DNA of 64,000 nt from Squalus acanthias. Lineage: Eukaryota. The notes beneath the pieces are model-generated. The model made no database searches. It was not told the DNA's origin and saw only the letters and a program-made list of their open reading frames with translations. The DNA is taken from positions 141,672,001 through 141,736,000 of the forward strand of contig CM059431.1 of assembly GCA_030390025.1 (NCBI GenBank), given 5' to 3'. Shown one piece after another: positions 40,364 to 51,630 of this stretch. Every line of letters starts with the position of its first letter. Positions within the stretch are counted from its first letter, which is position 1. The translations under genes and the position numbers were made by a program.

Positions 40364-41058
40364 GGGCCCGAGTTTCACCCTCTGGGGAAAAGCGGCTTTC
40401 TGCTCGGAGATCCCCGTGCGCATGCCCGGGAAACCGGAACTTCCATTCTGGTGAAAGAAGGGGTTGAAGGGTCAACCGCGTGCGCGGGAGAGGCTGCGCG
40501 CGCGCAGCGAACTTCCGGTTTTTACAGGTTTTGGAGTGAGGGTAAGTCAAGGCCTGCTTTTAACAAGGTAAGTGGGGAATTAACTAAAATTAAAAAATTT
40601 TACCCACAGGTTTATCTTTTTTAAATACTTTAAAGAAAGGTAAGTTTATTTTTAGCCCCGTTAAAAACTGTAATTAATTTTTTCAAAAATGTAAATTATT
40701 GTTTAAAATAGTTAATTTATGTAATTTATAGATATTTTAAAAATGTGATGTTTTTTTTAATTTATTTTAAGTTTTAGTGAGGTTTTGGGGCCGATCTCTA
40801 TTCATTGATTTGACAGGTTCCTGTCAAATCTATGAATGGAGATTCCCTGCTCCGATTGGCTCCCCATGGCCCACATGATCCCAGGGGACGCTTCGAACTA
40901 ACTGCGCCCCTGGGATACGCGAGCACTGTGCGCCGGCCGCTGGAGGAGGCCCAGGATCGGAATCCCACGCGGGCCCACAGCACAACGGCAGGCGTGCTAT
41001 GTCAGTGAAGGTCGGGGGCTTGTACCCGCGAGAAGCCTTCGACCCGAATTTCTGGCCC
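40364..41058 (+). mobile_element. Harbinger-family MITE 1
   Basis: Ends GGGCCCGAGTTTC and GAATTTCTGGCCC. Terminal regions are homologous to the two ends of the adjacent transposase element and, inverted, to MITE 2. No clean TSD. Confidence 0.8.
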
Positions 41059-41067
41059 GATCGATCT

Positions 41068-41243
41068 CACCGGGAGACACCGGCTTTAAACAGGGAGATT
41101 AAAGTTAGACCCTGGAAACAGGCTGCACCGGGAGACACCGGCTTTAAACAGGGAGATTAAAGTTAGACCCTGGAAACAGGCTGCACCGGGAGACACCGGC
41201 TTTAAACAGGGAGATTAAAGTTAGACACTGGACACCGGCTGCA
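41068..41243. repeat. 58-bp tandem repeat x3
   Basis: CACCGGGAGACACCGGCTTTAAACAGGGAGATTAAAGTTAGACCCTGGAAACAGGCTG; resembles 40171-40210. Confidence 0.9.
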
Positions 41244-42022
41244 AATTTTGCCCTGAAATTCCGTTCCCTACGGGTGTGTACTCACCCGTAGAGCCAACGG
41301 AAGTGCCGCTTTCGCGCACGCGCTGGAAACCGGAACTTCCGTTCTCTTGAAGGAAGGGGTTCACAGTCCAACCGCTTGCGCCAGAGAGGCAGCGCGTAGA
41401 CCTGGAACTTCCGTGTTTTTCTCAGCTGGTGCAGTGCGGGTAAGTCCCTAGCAGCTGCGCGTGGAAAAAGCCGGCGTACAGTCTTGGCAGAAGCTCCTGG
41501 ACAATCAGGAAGAACTCTTTCAGCAGTGGGGCTAATAAACAGAACATTTTTAATTGTGAAAGGGAGCAAAGTTCTTTTCAGAAAGTCTGAGGTAAGTTTC
41601 CAACTTTAAAAATTTGTTAAAAACGGGTTTGGACCATGTTTTGAGTAGTGTAGTTATAAGGAGCAACTCTTGCTGTGTGCAAGACCTAATTGAATTATAT
41701 TTTTTTCTTAAATGTGAAAATGATTGTTTAAAAATGAATTATGTAACATTTACAAAAGTTAAAAAAAATAAAATATCAATTATATTCCTTTAAGTATGTA
41801 TGTATGGCTTTCTGAAAATGTTAGTTATTGGAAAATCATCTCGGGCCGTGATATACATCAGGCGGGTATGAGGTGTGCCTGATCTGATACCGCACGTTGC
41901 ACACCAGAGCCCCACGTGATTTTCCAGCCACTCACTTTATTAAAATTACTTTTACAACTCTTTCCATTTTTTTCCATACAAGTACTTTATCTGTTTAAAG
42001 AGGAAGCCTGTGAGGGAGAAAC

Positions 42023-43171
42023 ATGCCCCTTGAGGATGTTGCCCTGATCCTCGGTGCGATTTTGCTTCAGAGAATTGGAAACGCCAGGGAACAAGAAAGA
42101 AGACTGAGGAACCATAACTGTCTCCAGATCAGGAGAAACTACTACCCACCCCAGAGAGTGTACAGGGAGAGGCTGTCATTTGAGATGCTGTCGGAGGAGT
42201 TGTGTGTGAGGAGGCTGCGCTTCAGTAAAGAGGCAATCGGCCGACTATGTGATATGTTAAAGGAGGACCTTCAAACACGCTCGAAGACCGTCACTGCCTT
42301 GTCAGTGAACATGAAGGTAACCACAGCACTGAACTTCTTTGCAAGTGGGTCATTTCAGTCAAGGACCGGTAACATTACCAACATCTCCAAGAATGCTGCG
42401 AGGGCCTGCATTCACCAGGTCACAGATGCCATTTTCCGTAGGGCTTCAGAGTTTATTGACTTTGACTTGTCCACTCGCCATCAAAAGGAGATGGCCCTTG
42501 CATTTTATAGCATTGCTGGATTCCCCAAAGTGATTGGGGCCATTGATGGAACCCATGTTGCATTGAAGGCACCACTGAGTGCACCTGTGACATACATCAA
42601 CAGGAAGGGGTTTCATTCATTGAATGTCATGATAGTCTGTGATGCGCAACTCAGGATCCTAAACGTGAATGCAGAGCACTGGGGAAGTAATCATGACTCC
42701 TTCGTCCTCCATAACTCGAACTTATATGGCGCCCTCAGCGCATTGCCTCCAGGATCCGCATGGATATTGGGCGACAAGGGCTACCCGCTAAGACCATGGC
42801 TGATGACTCCCTACCACAAGACCAATAATGAGGCTCAGGAGAGATACAACCGGGCACACGTGTCCACACGGCAAGTGGTGGAGAGGACAATCAGACTTCT
42901 GAAATCACGCTTCCGGTGCCTGGACAGGTCAGGGGGGACCTTGCAGTATTCTCCTCTGAAAGTGGCAAGGATTGTGGTGGCCTGTTGTGCTTTGCATAAC
43001 TTTGCCCTGCGGGAAGGACTGACCCTTAACCCCGCAGAGGAGCTCCCTGCTGAAATGGAGGACATGGATGATGCCGATGTGCCTGTGGCCAGGCCTGATG
43101 GGGAGGAGCCAAGTGCTGCTGAAAGTAAGGCTGCTCGGGAGCAGCTGGTAGCCAACACCTTCACGAGGTAG
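42023..43171 (+). CDS. Harbinger/HARBI1-like DDE transposase, intact, 382 aa
   Basis: TTALNFFASGSFQ (HTH region), VIGAIDGTHV, YINRKGFHSLNV, GSNHDS, WILGDKGYPLRPWLMTP, YNRAH, VVERTIRLLKSRFRCL, CCALHN. Possible 5'UTR intron 41592-42000; AATAAA at ~43362. Confidence 0.95.
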   Translation: MPLEDVALILGAILLQRIGNAREQERRLRNHNCLQIRRNYYPPQRVYRERLSFEMLSEELCVRRLRFSKEAIGRLCDMLKEDLQTRSKTVTALSVNMKVTTALNFFASGSFQSRTGNITNISKNAARACIHQVTDAIFRRASEFIDFDLSTRHQKEMALAFYSIAGFPKVIGAIDGTHVALKAPLSAPVTYINRKGFHSLNVMIVCDAQLRILNVNAEHWGSNHDSFVLHNSNLYGALSALPPGSAWILGDKGYPLRPWLMTPYHKTNNEAQERYNRAHVSTRQVVERTIRLLKSRFRCLDRSGGTLQYSPLKVARIVVACCALHNFALREGLTLNPAEELPAEMEDMDDADVPVARPDGEEPSAAESKAAREQLVANTFTR

Positions 43172-44051
43172 TGTCGCCTTGTACCTCTCCCTCCCCCAGC
43201 AAGGCAAAGAAAGGAACAGACACAATTTAAAGTGAAACAGTGAACTTTTATTGCAGCATCAAAGACTTTTGAGGTTCAGTGTTGATGTACATAGTTTATA
43301 ACTTTTAAATGTTAACTAGCTATTTTCTACTTTTCAAACATTCGCAAACATAATAGTTTAGAATAAAGTTTGTAAACAGTTTAAAGTGACTTTTTTGGTT
43401 TCTTAGTGCAATTAAGACATTCAAGATGGAAACTAGCTATTTTCTAAATTTCAAACAGTTGTAATTTTAAATATTTTTGCAAATAAAAAAGTTGAATTTT
43501 TTTTCAAAGTGATTAGAGGCTGTACTTTTTAAACGAAAAGGTTACATACACTTTCAGTCACAAATATATATTTCAATAAAAAAAGCAACGTCAACATTTA
43601 ACATTTAAATAAAACGAAAAATTAAACAATTGAACAATTTGCCCCCTTGCATCTGTGCCTGAGGGTCAAAGGAGGTGGATTGTGCAATAGGTGGCACCTA
43701 CTGTCTCCTGCGCTTTCCCCCTCCCCGTGACCGGAGCCCTCTGCTGCCAAGTGAAAGGCCCCTGTGTACAATCTCTGGCCCTTCAGCAATTGGCTCCTGA
43801 CAGGGTTGCTGCTGCTGCTGCTGCAAGGCAACGTTTGCTTGCATCACGACTGGAGGAGCAGCTGGTTCTTGGGCCCGCACTGTTTCTGTGCTGGGAGCAG
43901 GTAAGGGCGGTTCTGCGGGAGTCAAAGTAATGGCAGCAGAAAGTGGTTTAAGCAACTGCAAGAGTCGAACGAGAGACTCATTTATTTGATTAAGCGCCAC
44001 TGTAACATGATCTTGTTTTTGCAACTGCAATACTATCTGATTAAGTGACAT

Positions 44052-45001
44052 AGAACATAGAACAGTACAGCACAGTACAGGCCCTTCGGCCCTCGATGTT
44101 GTGCCGAGCATTGTCCGAGACCAAGATCAAGCTATCCCACTCCCTATCATTCTGGTGTGCTCCATGTGCTTATCCAATAACCGCTTGAAAGTTCCTAAAG
44201 TGTCCGACTCCACTATCACAGCAGGCAGTCCATTCCACACCCCAACCACTCTCTGAGTAAAGAATCTACCTCGGACATCCCTTCTATATCTCCCCCCCAT
44301 GCACCTTATAGTTATGCCCCCTTGTAACAGCTACCTCCACCCGAGGAAATAGTCTCTGAACATCCACTCTATCTATACCCCTCATCATCTTATAAACCTC
44401 TATTAAGTCGCCTCTCATCCTCCTCCGCTCTAAAGAGAAAAGCCCTAACTCCCTCAATCTTTCCTCATAAGACCTCCCCCCCAAACCAGGCAGCATCCTG
44501 GTAAATCTCCTTTGCACTCTTTCCAATGCTTCCACATCCTTCCTATAGTGAGGTGACCAGAACTGCACACAATATTCCAAATGTGGTCTCACCAAGGTCC
44601 TGTACAGTTGTAGCATAACCTCACGGTTCTTAAACTCAAACCCCCTGTTAATAAACGCCAACACACTATAGGCCTTCTTTACTGCTCTATCCACTTGAGT
44701 GGCAACCTTCAGAGATCTGTGGATATGAACCCCCAGATCCCTCTGTTCCTCCACGTTCCTCAGAACCCTGCCGTTGACCCTGTAATCCTTATTCAAATTT
44801 GCCCTACCAAAATGAATCACCTCGCACTTATCAGGGTTAAATTCCATCTGCCATTTTTCGGCCCAGCTCTGCATCCTATCAATGTCTCTTTGCAGCCTAC
44901 AACAGCCCTCCACCTCATCCACTACTCCACCAATCTTGGTGTCATCAGCAAATTTACTGATCCACCCTTCAGTCCCCTCCTCCAAGTCATTGATAAAAAT
45001 C
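44052..45001 (-). mobile_element. Young-looking 5'-truncated CR1 inserted in the last Myb exon
   Basis: FINDLEEG...[11 protein letters not shown]...[12 protein letters not shown]; tail CTATGTTCTATG; ATGT shared at both junctions. Confidence 0.95.
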
Positions 45002-45907
45002 ACATGTTAACATCTTTACCAAGATCATCAATTCCCTGCCTGATGGAGGCGAGAGAGTCAACTTTCTTCTCAGTAAGAGAACACATCGATTGCCTCAACC
45101 CTTCAATCTGTTCCACCGGAGCTTGTAAGTCATTCCGTTCTGTTGAATGTCTTTCTGCTTCTCCCACCTGCTCTGCAGTATCAGGCTGGTGTCTGTCTGT
45201 GGAACAACAGTCATCGGTGCCTCGCACAGAGCCAGAGGGGCCAGGAGATGGAGAGGTACTGTGCAGCAACCCAGGGTCCATACCCTCCTCTTCCACTAGC
45301 TGACAAAGCACAAATTGCTCCTGCTCCACCACCACCTCACTCACTGCTCCCACTGTATCAGTAACCCCCTTCCCCAATGCCCTCTGCGGCCGCAGACTCA
45401 ACGCACTGCTCATCCCGTGTGTCAGAGGTCTGCTGTCCACCTGTGGAATGGAAACAGTAAACATTTGCAAAGGTGAAGCTGATATTCAACACACACCTAA
45501 CAGTTTTAAACATATAGCTGGCCAGAGCAACTCACGTTTACGTATCCCAATGTCTGATTCTACACCAGCCAAGGGGCAACCGCTACTAAATCCAAACAGC
45601 TGCTCGAGCCTTTCCTCATGTTCGGATAAATCCCTTAGCGTGACAACACCACCGCCTGTCAGTGCACGCTCTCTGGCGTTGGGAACAGTTTTACTCCAAA
45701 ATGAAAACAGAAAATATGAAACGTCCGCTTTTTCTGCAGATTACACCCACCTGCATTTGAAACATGGACACAGCCTGCTTTGCAGACAGGGGTTTTTTTT
45801 CACTCACTAATTGAAATTTTACAACTCAAACCAGTGGAATCCAGATAAGAGCACAATGGATGACCCTGAACTGGCCCCAAAGCCATAAAATTTTATGGCA
45901 AGCTCAG

Positions 45908-46525
45908 GTCGTCTTCTTAGGCAGTCCCTCGGAACCAAGGATGACTTGCTTCCACATTAAAAATGAGTTCACAGGTGACTGATGAGTCCAATGCGGACCT
46001 ACAGTCTCTGTCACAGGTGGGGCAGATGGTGGTTGAAGGGGCAGTTGGGTGGGATGCTTGGGTTGACGTGCGCTCCTTGCGCTGCCTGCGCTTGCTCCCG
46101 GCGAAGAGACTCGAGGTATTCGGCGCCTTCCCGGATGCTTCTCCTCCACTTTGTGCTGTCTTGGGCCAGGGATTCCCAGGTTTCGGTGGGGATGTTACAC
46201 TTTTTCAAGGATGCTTTGAGAGTGTCCTTGAAGCGTTTCCTCTGCCCACCTGGGGCTCTCTTGCCGTGCCGGAGCTTCGAGTAGAGCGCTTGTTTTGGGA
46301 GTTTCGTATCGGGCATGCGGACAATGTGACCCGTCCATCGGAACCGATCGAGCGTGGTCAAAGCTTCGATGCTGGGGATGTTGGCCTGAGCGAGAACACT
46401 GATGTTGGTGCGCCTATCCTGCCAATGGATTTGCAGGATCTTGTGGAGGCAGCGTTGGTGGTACCTCTCCAGTGCTTTGAGTTGCCTACTGTACATGGTC
46501 CATGTCTCTGAAGCATACAGCAAGC
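45908..46525 (-). mobile_element. RTE-clade LINE 3' fragment in a Myb gene intron
   Basis: LLYASETWT...ERYHQRCLHKILQIHWQDRRTN...RWTGHIVRMPDTKLPKQ...GGQRKRFKD. Confidence 0.88.
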
Positions 46526-47406
46526 TCAGGTGCCTGGATAATGAAGTCACTTGACTACACACATGCATTGAATAGCTTTTTAAAACTAGTTCAGTTAAAT
46601 TTAAAGAAATATTACAGTTGACTTTTCTAATAACTGTACGAACCTTGACAGATCGCAATAAATCACTAAATTTCTTGTGGCATTGTTCCGCTGTCCGTGT
46701 AATGGTGGAGTTCGCGCTGACAGCCTGGGCTACTCTCACCAAGCTATCATCTGTCCTTTGCGCGGCGCCCTGGAATTCTCATTCCCAATGATCCACAGGC
46801 GCTTCGCCTCAACCTCATTGAGGAGTGTGCTGAGGACATCGTCACTGAAATTCTGAGTTCTCTTATTGATGTGAATTGTGCTCATTCCAGCCATTTCACT
46901 TTGCTGATTAAATAAAATGAATGAAAAAAATGCTTTCAGGGCTTTAAAAACTCTTTAAATTGCTTCAAATCTCTTTAAAACTATTTAAGATCCTTCCAAT
47001 CCATGTAAAAGTCTTTAAAAGTTTCTAAAAGTTAGCAAAAGATTCATAAAAATACAAAGAACCTACTTACCATGCTGTTCTGCATCTACCAAAGCTTTGG
47101 ATCATCTGAAAAAAGTCAGGGGCGTGGCCTATGCAAATGCAACTTCTGAGGGCGGGTCTCCCCTACCCTCCGCGCCGGAGGATCCGCGCACACTGCGCTC
47201 CTGGGCGGTGTGACGTCAGACGCTGCCCGGGAGTCCTCTTCATTAAAACCGAATTCCACGCGGGCCCAGAGCACAAAGGTCGGCGCGTTTCTAAAGTGCA
47301 GGTCGGGGGCTTGTGTCCGCGGGACGCCTCCGACCAGAATTTACCTGGACCCGCAGATTCTCCCTTTCCGTGTGCAGCCTGCCAGTTCTGACTTTGCAAA
47401 CTCATT

Positions 47407-47997
47407 GGCCCAGAAATTCGGGTCGGAGGCTTCCCGCGGGTGCAAGCATAGCGGGTGCACTTACCTAGAGCGCCTGCCGTTGTGCTGTGGGCCCGCGTGG
47501 GATTCCGATCCTGGGCCTCCTCCAGCTGCCGGCGCTAAGTGCTCACGTATCCCAGAGGCGCAGTTAGTTCAAAGACCTGTCAAATCTATGAATAGAGATC
47601 GGCCCCAAAACCGCACTTAAACTTAAAATTAATTACCGTTTTTAATGGGGCTAAAAATAAACTTACCTTTCTTTAAAGTATTTAAAAGTAATAAACCTGT
47701 GGAAAAAATGTTTTAATTTTACTTAATTCACCTCTTACCTTGTTAAAGGCAGGCCTTGCGCCTGCTTTTTCCCCGCGCAGCTGCTCGGGACTGACCCGCA
47801 CGGAGAAACCTGTAAAAAAATCGGAAGTTCCAGGTCTACGCGCTGCCTCTCCGTCACCCGCATTTGACCTGTGAACCCCTTCCTTCAAGGGAACGGAAGT
47901 TCCAGTTTCCAGTGCATGCGCAAAACCGGCACTTTCGTTGGGTCTACGGGTGAGTACACAGCGCGTACTCACCCGTGGAGACCCGAATTTCTGGCCC
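47407..47997 (-). mobile_element. Harbinger-family MITE 2 with 18-bp TIRs and 3-bp TSD (ATT)
   Basis: att|GGCCCAGAAATTCGGGTC ... GACCCGAATTTCTGGCCC|att; one mismatch between TIRs. Confidence 0.92.
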
Positions 47998-48464
47998 ATT
48001 GCCACCAATCAGGAGGCTGTTCCTGGTTTTCTTCCTGCCAATCACAGTTTGGTAATTGGAGCTGATCCTTGTTATTTGAGATTTGAGCCAATCTCCGCCC
48101 TCTGACTGGATGCTGCTGTTTCAAAATACTCATCGAACCGATTTGATAACTCATTTAACTATGAACAAAGTGAGTTAGAAACAATTCTTTATGAAGTATT
48201 AACCCAATAAAAGAGACCCAGCTCTAGGAATGAATTGTAACGCCTCTATCTGGGTCTTTATGAACCGTTCCACGGATTCCCTGATGTTTGATCTTTCAGA
48301 CCAACAGCTCAGAGCCAGTGTCTGGTGTTTCAGTGCGGGGAGGGCGAGCCGCCTCGAAGGCCCAACACATTAACCATTTAACTGCTGAATGACGGTGTCC
48401 TTGAATGGGGAGGAAATGATGTCTCCATGGTCACTTCTCTCCTGTGACTGGATGGTATTCAGTG

Positions 48465-48870
48465 CCGCTCCCTGTTCACCCATCACCCCTGTGCTCACTG
48501 ACCTACATTGGCTCCCGGTCCAGCAACGCCTCGATTTTAAAGTTCTCATCCATGGCCTCACTTCTCCCTATCTCGGTAACCTCCTCCAGCCCAACAACCC
48601 TCCGAGATCTCTGCGCTCCTACAATTCTGGTCTCTTGTACATTCCCAATTTCCTTCATAACTCCATTGGCCATCAAGTGCCTAGGCCCTAATCTCTGGAA
48701 TTCCCTCTCCACCTCTCTCTCCTCCTTTAAGACTGTCTTTAAAACCTCCCTCTGTCAACAAGCATTTGGTCACCTGTCCGAATATCTCCTTACGTGACTT
48801 GGAGTCAATGATTTTTCAGATTACGCTCGAGACATTTTAATTCATTAAAGGATCTACATAAATTTCAATT
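48465..48870 (+). mobile_element. L2-clade 3' fragment
   Basis: SPITPVLTDLHWLPVQQRLDFKVL...PRSLRS...LWNSL. Confidence 0.85.
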
Positions 48871-48904
48871 TTTGTTCTGAGACAGTGAAGTGAAAGGGAG
48901 CGGA

Positions 48905-51630
48905 TTAGACCGAGACAGAGGGTGGTTCAGTCTGAGAGAGGGGGTGGTTCAGTCTGAGACAGAGGGTGGTTCAGTCTGAGAGAGGGGACGGTTCAGTCCG
49001 AGACAGAGGGTGGTTCAGTCTGAGAGAGGGAACGGTTCAGTCTGAGAGAGGGGACGGTTCAGTCTGAGAGAGGGGGGATTCAGTCTGAGAGAGGGAACGG
49101 TTCAGTCCGAGAGAGGGGACGGTTCAGTCTGAGAGAGGGGGCAGTTCAGACTGAGAGAGGGGGTGGTTCAGTCTGAGAGAGGGGGCGGTTCAGTCTGAGA
49201 GAGGGGACGGTTCAGACTGAGATAGGGGGCAGTTCAGTCTGAGAGAGGGGGTGGTTCAGTCTGAGAGAGGGGGCGGTTCAGTGTGAGAGAGGGGACGGTT
49301 CAGTCTGTGAGAGGGAACGGTTCAGACTGAGAGAGGGGGCGGTTCAGTCTGAGAGAGGGGGCGGTTTAGACTGAGAGAGGGGAGGGTTCAGTCTGAGAGA
49401 GGGGACGGTTCAGTCTGAGAGAGGGGACGGTTAAGTCTGAGAGAGGGGACGGTTCTGTCTGAGAGAGGGGACGGTTCTGTCTGAGAGAGGGACGGTTCAG
49501 ACTGAGAGAGGGGACGGTTCAGTCTGAGAGAGGGGACGGTTCAGTCTGAGAGAGGGGACGGTTCAGTCTGAGAGAGGGGGGGTTCAGTCTGAGAGAGGGG
49601 GGTTCAGTCTGAGAGAGGGGACGGTTCAGTCTGAGAGAGGGGACGGTTCAGTCTGAGAGAGGGTCGGTTCAGTCTGAGAGAGGGGGGGGGTTCAGTCTGA
49701 GAGAGGGGGGTTCAGTCTGAGAGAGGGTCGGTTCAGTCTGAGAGAGGGGGCGGTTCAGTCTGAGAGAGGGGGGTTCAGTCTGAGAGAGGGGGCAGTTCAG
49801 TCTGAAAGAGAGGGTGGTTCAGTCTGAGAGAGGGGGCGGTTCAGTCGGAGAGAGTTGGCGGTTCAGTCTGAGAGAGGGGTGGTTCAGTCTGAGAGAGGGG
49901 ACGGTTCAGTCTGAGAGAGGGGGCAGTTCAGTCTGAGAGAGAGGGTGGTTCAGACAGAGAGGGGACGGTTCAGTCTGAGAGAGGGTGGTTCAGTCTGAGA
50001 GAGGGGACGGTTCAGTCTGAGAGAGGGGACGGTTCAGTCTGAGAGAGGGGGGGTTCAGTCTGAGAGAGGGGGGGTTCAGTCTGAGAGAGGGGACGGTTCA
50101 GTCTGAGAGAGGGGACGGTTCAGTCTGAAAGAGGGAAGGTTCAGTCTGAGAGAGAGGGGGGTTCAGTCTGAGAGAGGGGGGTTTCAGTCTGAGAGAGGGG
50201 ACGGTTCAGTCTGAGGGGACGGTTCAGTCTGAGAGAGGGGACCGTTCAGTCTGAGAGAGGGGGGGTTCAGTCTGAGAGAGGGGACGGTTCAGTCTGAGAG
50301 AGGGGGGGGTTCAGTCTGAGAGAGGGGTGGGTTCAGTATGAGAGAGGGGACGGTTCAATCTGAGAGAGGGGACGGTTCAGTCTGAGAGAGGGGGCAGTTC
50401 AGTCTGAGAGAGGGGACGGTTCAGTCTGAGAGAGGTGGGGTTCAGTTTGAGAAAGTGGACGGTTCAGTCTGAGAGAGGGAACGCTTCAGTGTGAGAGAGG
50501 GGGCGGTTCAGTCTGAGAGAGGGGGCGGTTCAGTCTGAGAGAGGGGGCGGTTCAGTCTGAGAGAGGGGGCGGTTCAGTCTGAGAGAGGGGACCGTTCAGC
50601 CTGAGAGAGGGGATGGTTCAGTCTGAGAGAGGGGGCGGTTCAGTCTGAGAGAGGCGTGGTTCAGTCTGAGAGAGGCGTGGTTCAGTTTGAGAGAGGGGGG
50701 GATTCAGTCTGAGAGAGAGGGTGGTTCAGACTGAGCGATGGGACGGTTCAGTCTGAGAGAGGGGACGGTTCAGTCTGAGAGGGGGCGGTTCAGTCTGAGA
50801 GAGGGGACGGTTCAGTCTGAGAGGGGCGGTTCAGTCTGAGAGAGGGGACGGTTCAGTCTGAGAGGGGCGGTTCAGTCTGAGAGAGGGGACGGTTCAGTCT
50901 GAGGGGACGGTTCAGTCTGAGAGAGTGGACGGTTCAGTCTGAGAGAGGGAACGGTTCAGTCTGAGAGAGTGGACGGTTCAGTCTGAGAGAGGGAACGATT
51001 CAGTCGGAGAGAGGGGGGGTTCAGTCTGAGAGAGTGGACGGTTCAGTCTGAGAGAGGGGACGGTTCAGTCTGAGGGGACGGTTCAGTTTGAGAGAGGGGA
51101 CGGTTCAGTCTGAGAGGGGGGGGTTCAGTCTGAGAGAGGGGACGGTTCAGTCTGAGAGAGGGGACGGTTCAGTCTGAGAGGGGGGGTTCAGTCTGAGAGA
51201 GGGGACGGTTCAGTCTGAGAGAGGGGGGGTTCAGTCTGAGAGAGGGGGGGTTCAGTATGAGAGAGGGGACGGTTCAATCTGAGAGAGAGGACGGTTCACT
51301 CTGAGAGAGGGGGCAGTTCAGACTGAGAGAGGGGACGATTCAGTGTGAGAGAGGGGGGGTTCAGTCTGAGAGAGTGGACGGTTCAGTCTGAGAGAGGGAA
51401 CTGTTCAGTCTGAGAGAGTGGACGGTTCAGTCTGAGAGAGGGGACGATTCAGTCTGAGAGAGGGGGGGTTCAGTCTGAGAGAGTGGACGGTTCAGTCTGA
51501 GAGAGGGGACGATTCAGTCTGAGAGAGGGGACGGTTCAGTCTGAGAGAGGGGCGGTTCAGTCTGAGAGAGGGGACGATTCAGTCTGAGAGAGGGGGCAGT
51601 TCAGTCTGAGAGAGGGGGCGGTTCAGACTG
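48905..51630. repeat. 22-bp G-rich minisatellite (GGTTCAGTCTGAGAGAGGGGAC), ~120 copies
   Basis: Visible tandem units. Confidence 0.96.

Larger units (their letters stand above)
43698..47073 (-). pseudogene. Harbinger Myb/SANT-like DNA-binding partner gene, spliced, disabled
   Basis: ATG|gtaagt at 47073-47071. Exon 46903-46644: KRTQNFSDDVLSTLLNEVEAKR...AW/VRVAQAVSA...RTAEQCHKKFSDL with a 1-nt frameshift. Exon 45695-45536: NARERALTGGG...LSEHEERL, acceptor reads GG rather than AG. Last exon 45440-43698 has a +1 G and a CR1 insertion, and ends in basic RSRGGGKRRRQ*. Confidence 0.85.
41249..47342 (+). mobile_element. PIF/Harbinger DNA transposon with convergent transposase and Myb/SANT genes; eroded TIRs
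   Basis: Left end TGCCCTGAAATTCCGTTC and right end GACCAGAATTT align with the MITE TIR GGGCCAGAAATTCGGGTC; subterminal homology to both MITEs; two-gene layout typical of Harbingers. Confidence 0.88.

Noticed and set aside
42023..43171. Calling this the HARBI1 orthologue
   Set aside because: It lies within TIR remnants next to a Myb gene, so it is a transposon copy; orthology cannot be shown without phylogeny and synteny.
46011..46742. 243-aa ORF as a Myb-RTE fusion protein
   Set aside because: Chance read-through from the Myb exon across a donor (46643) and intron into an RTE fragment; it starts at a frameshift, not a real initiator.
48905..51630. Immunoglobulin switch-like or telomeric array
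   Set aside because: No AGCT-rich motif, no TTAGGG, and no Ig exons nearby.
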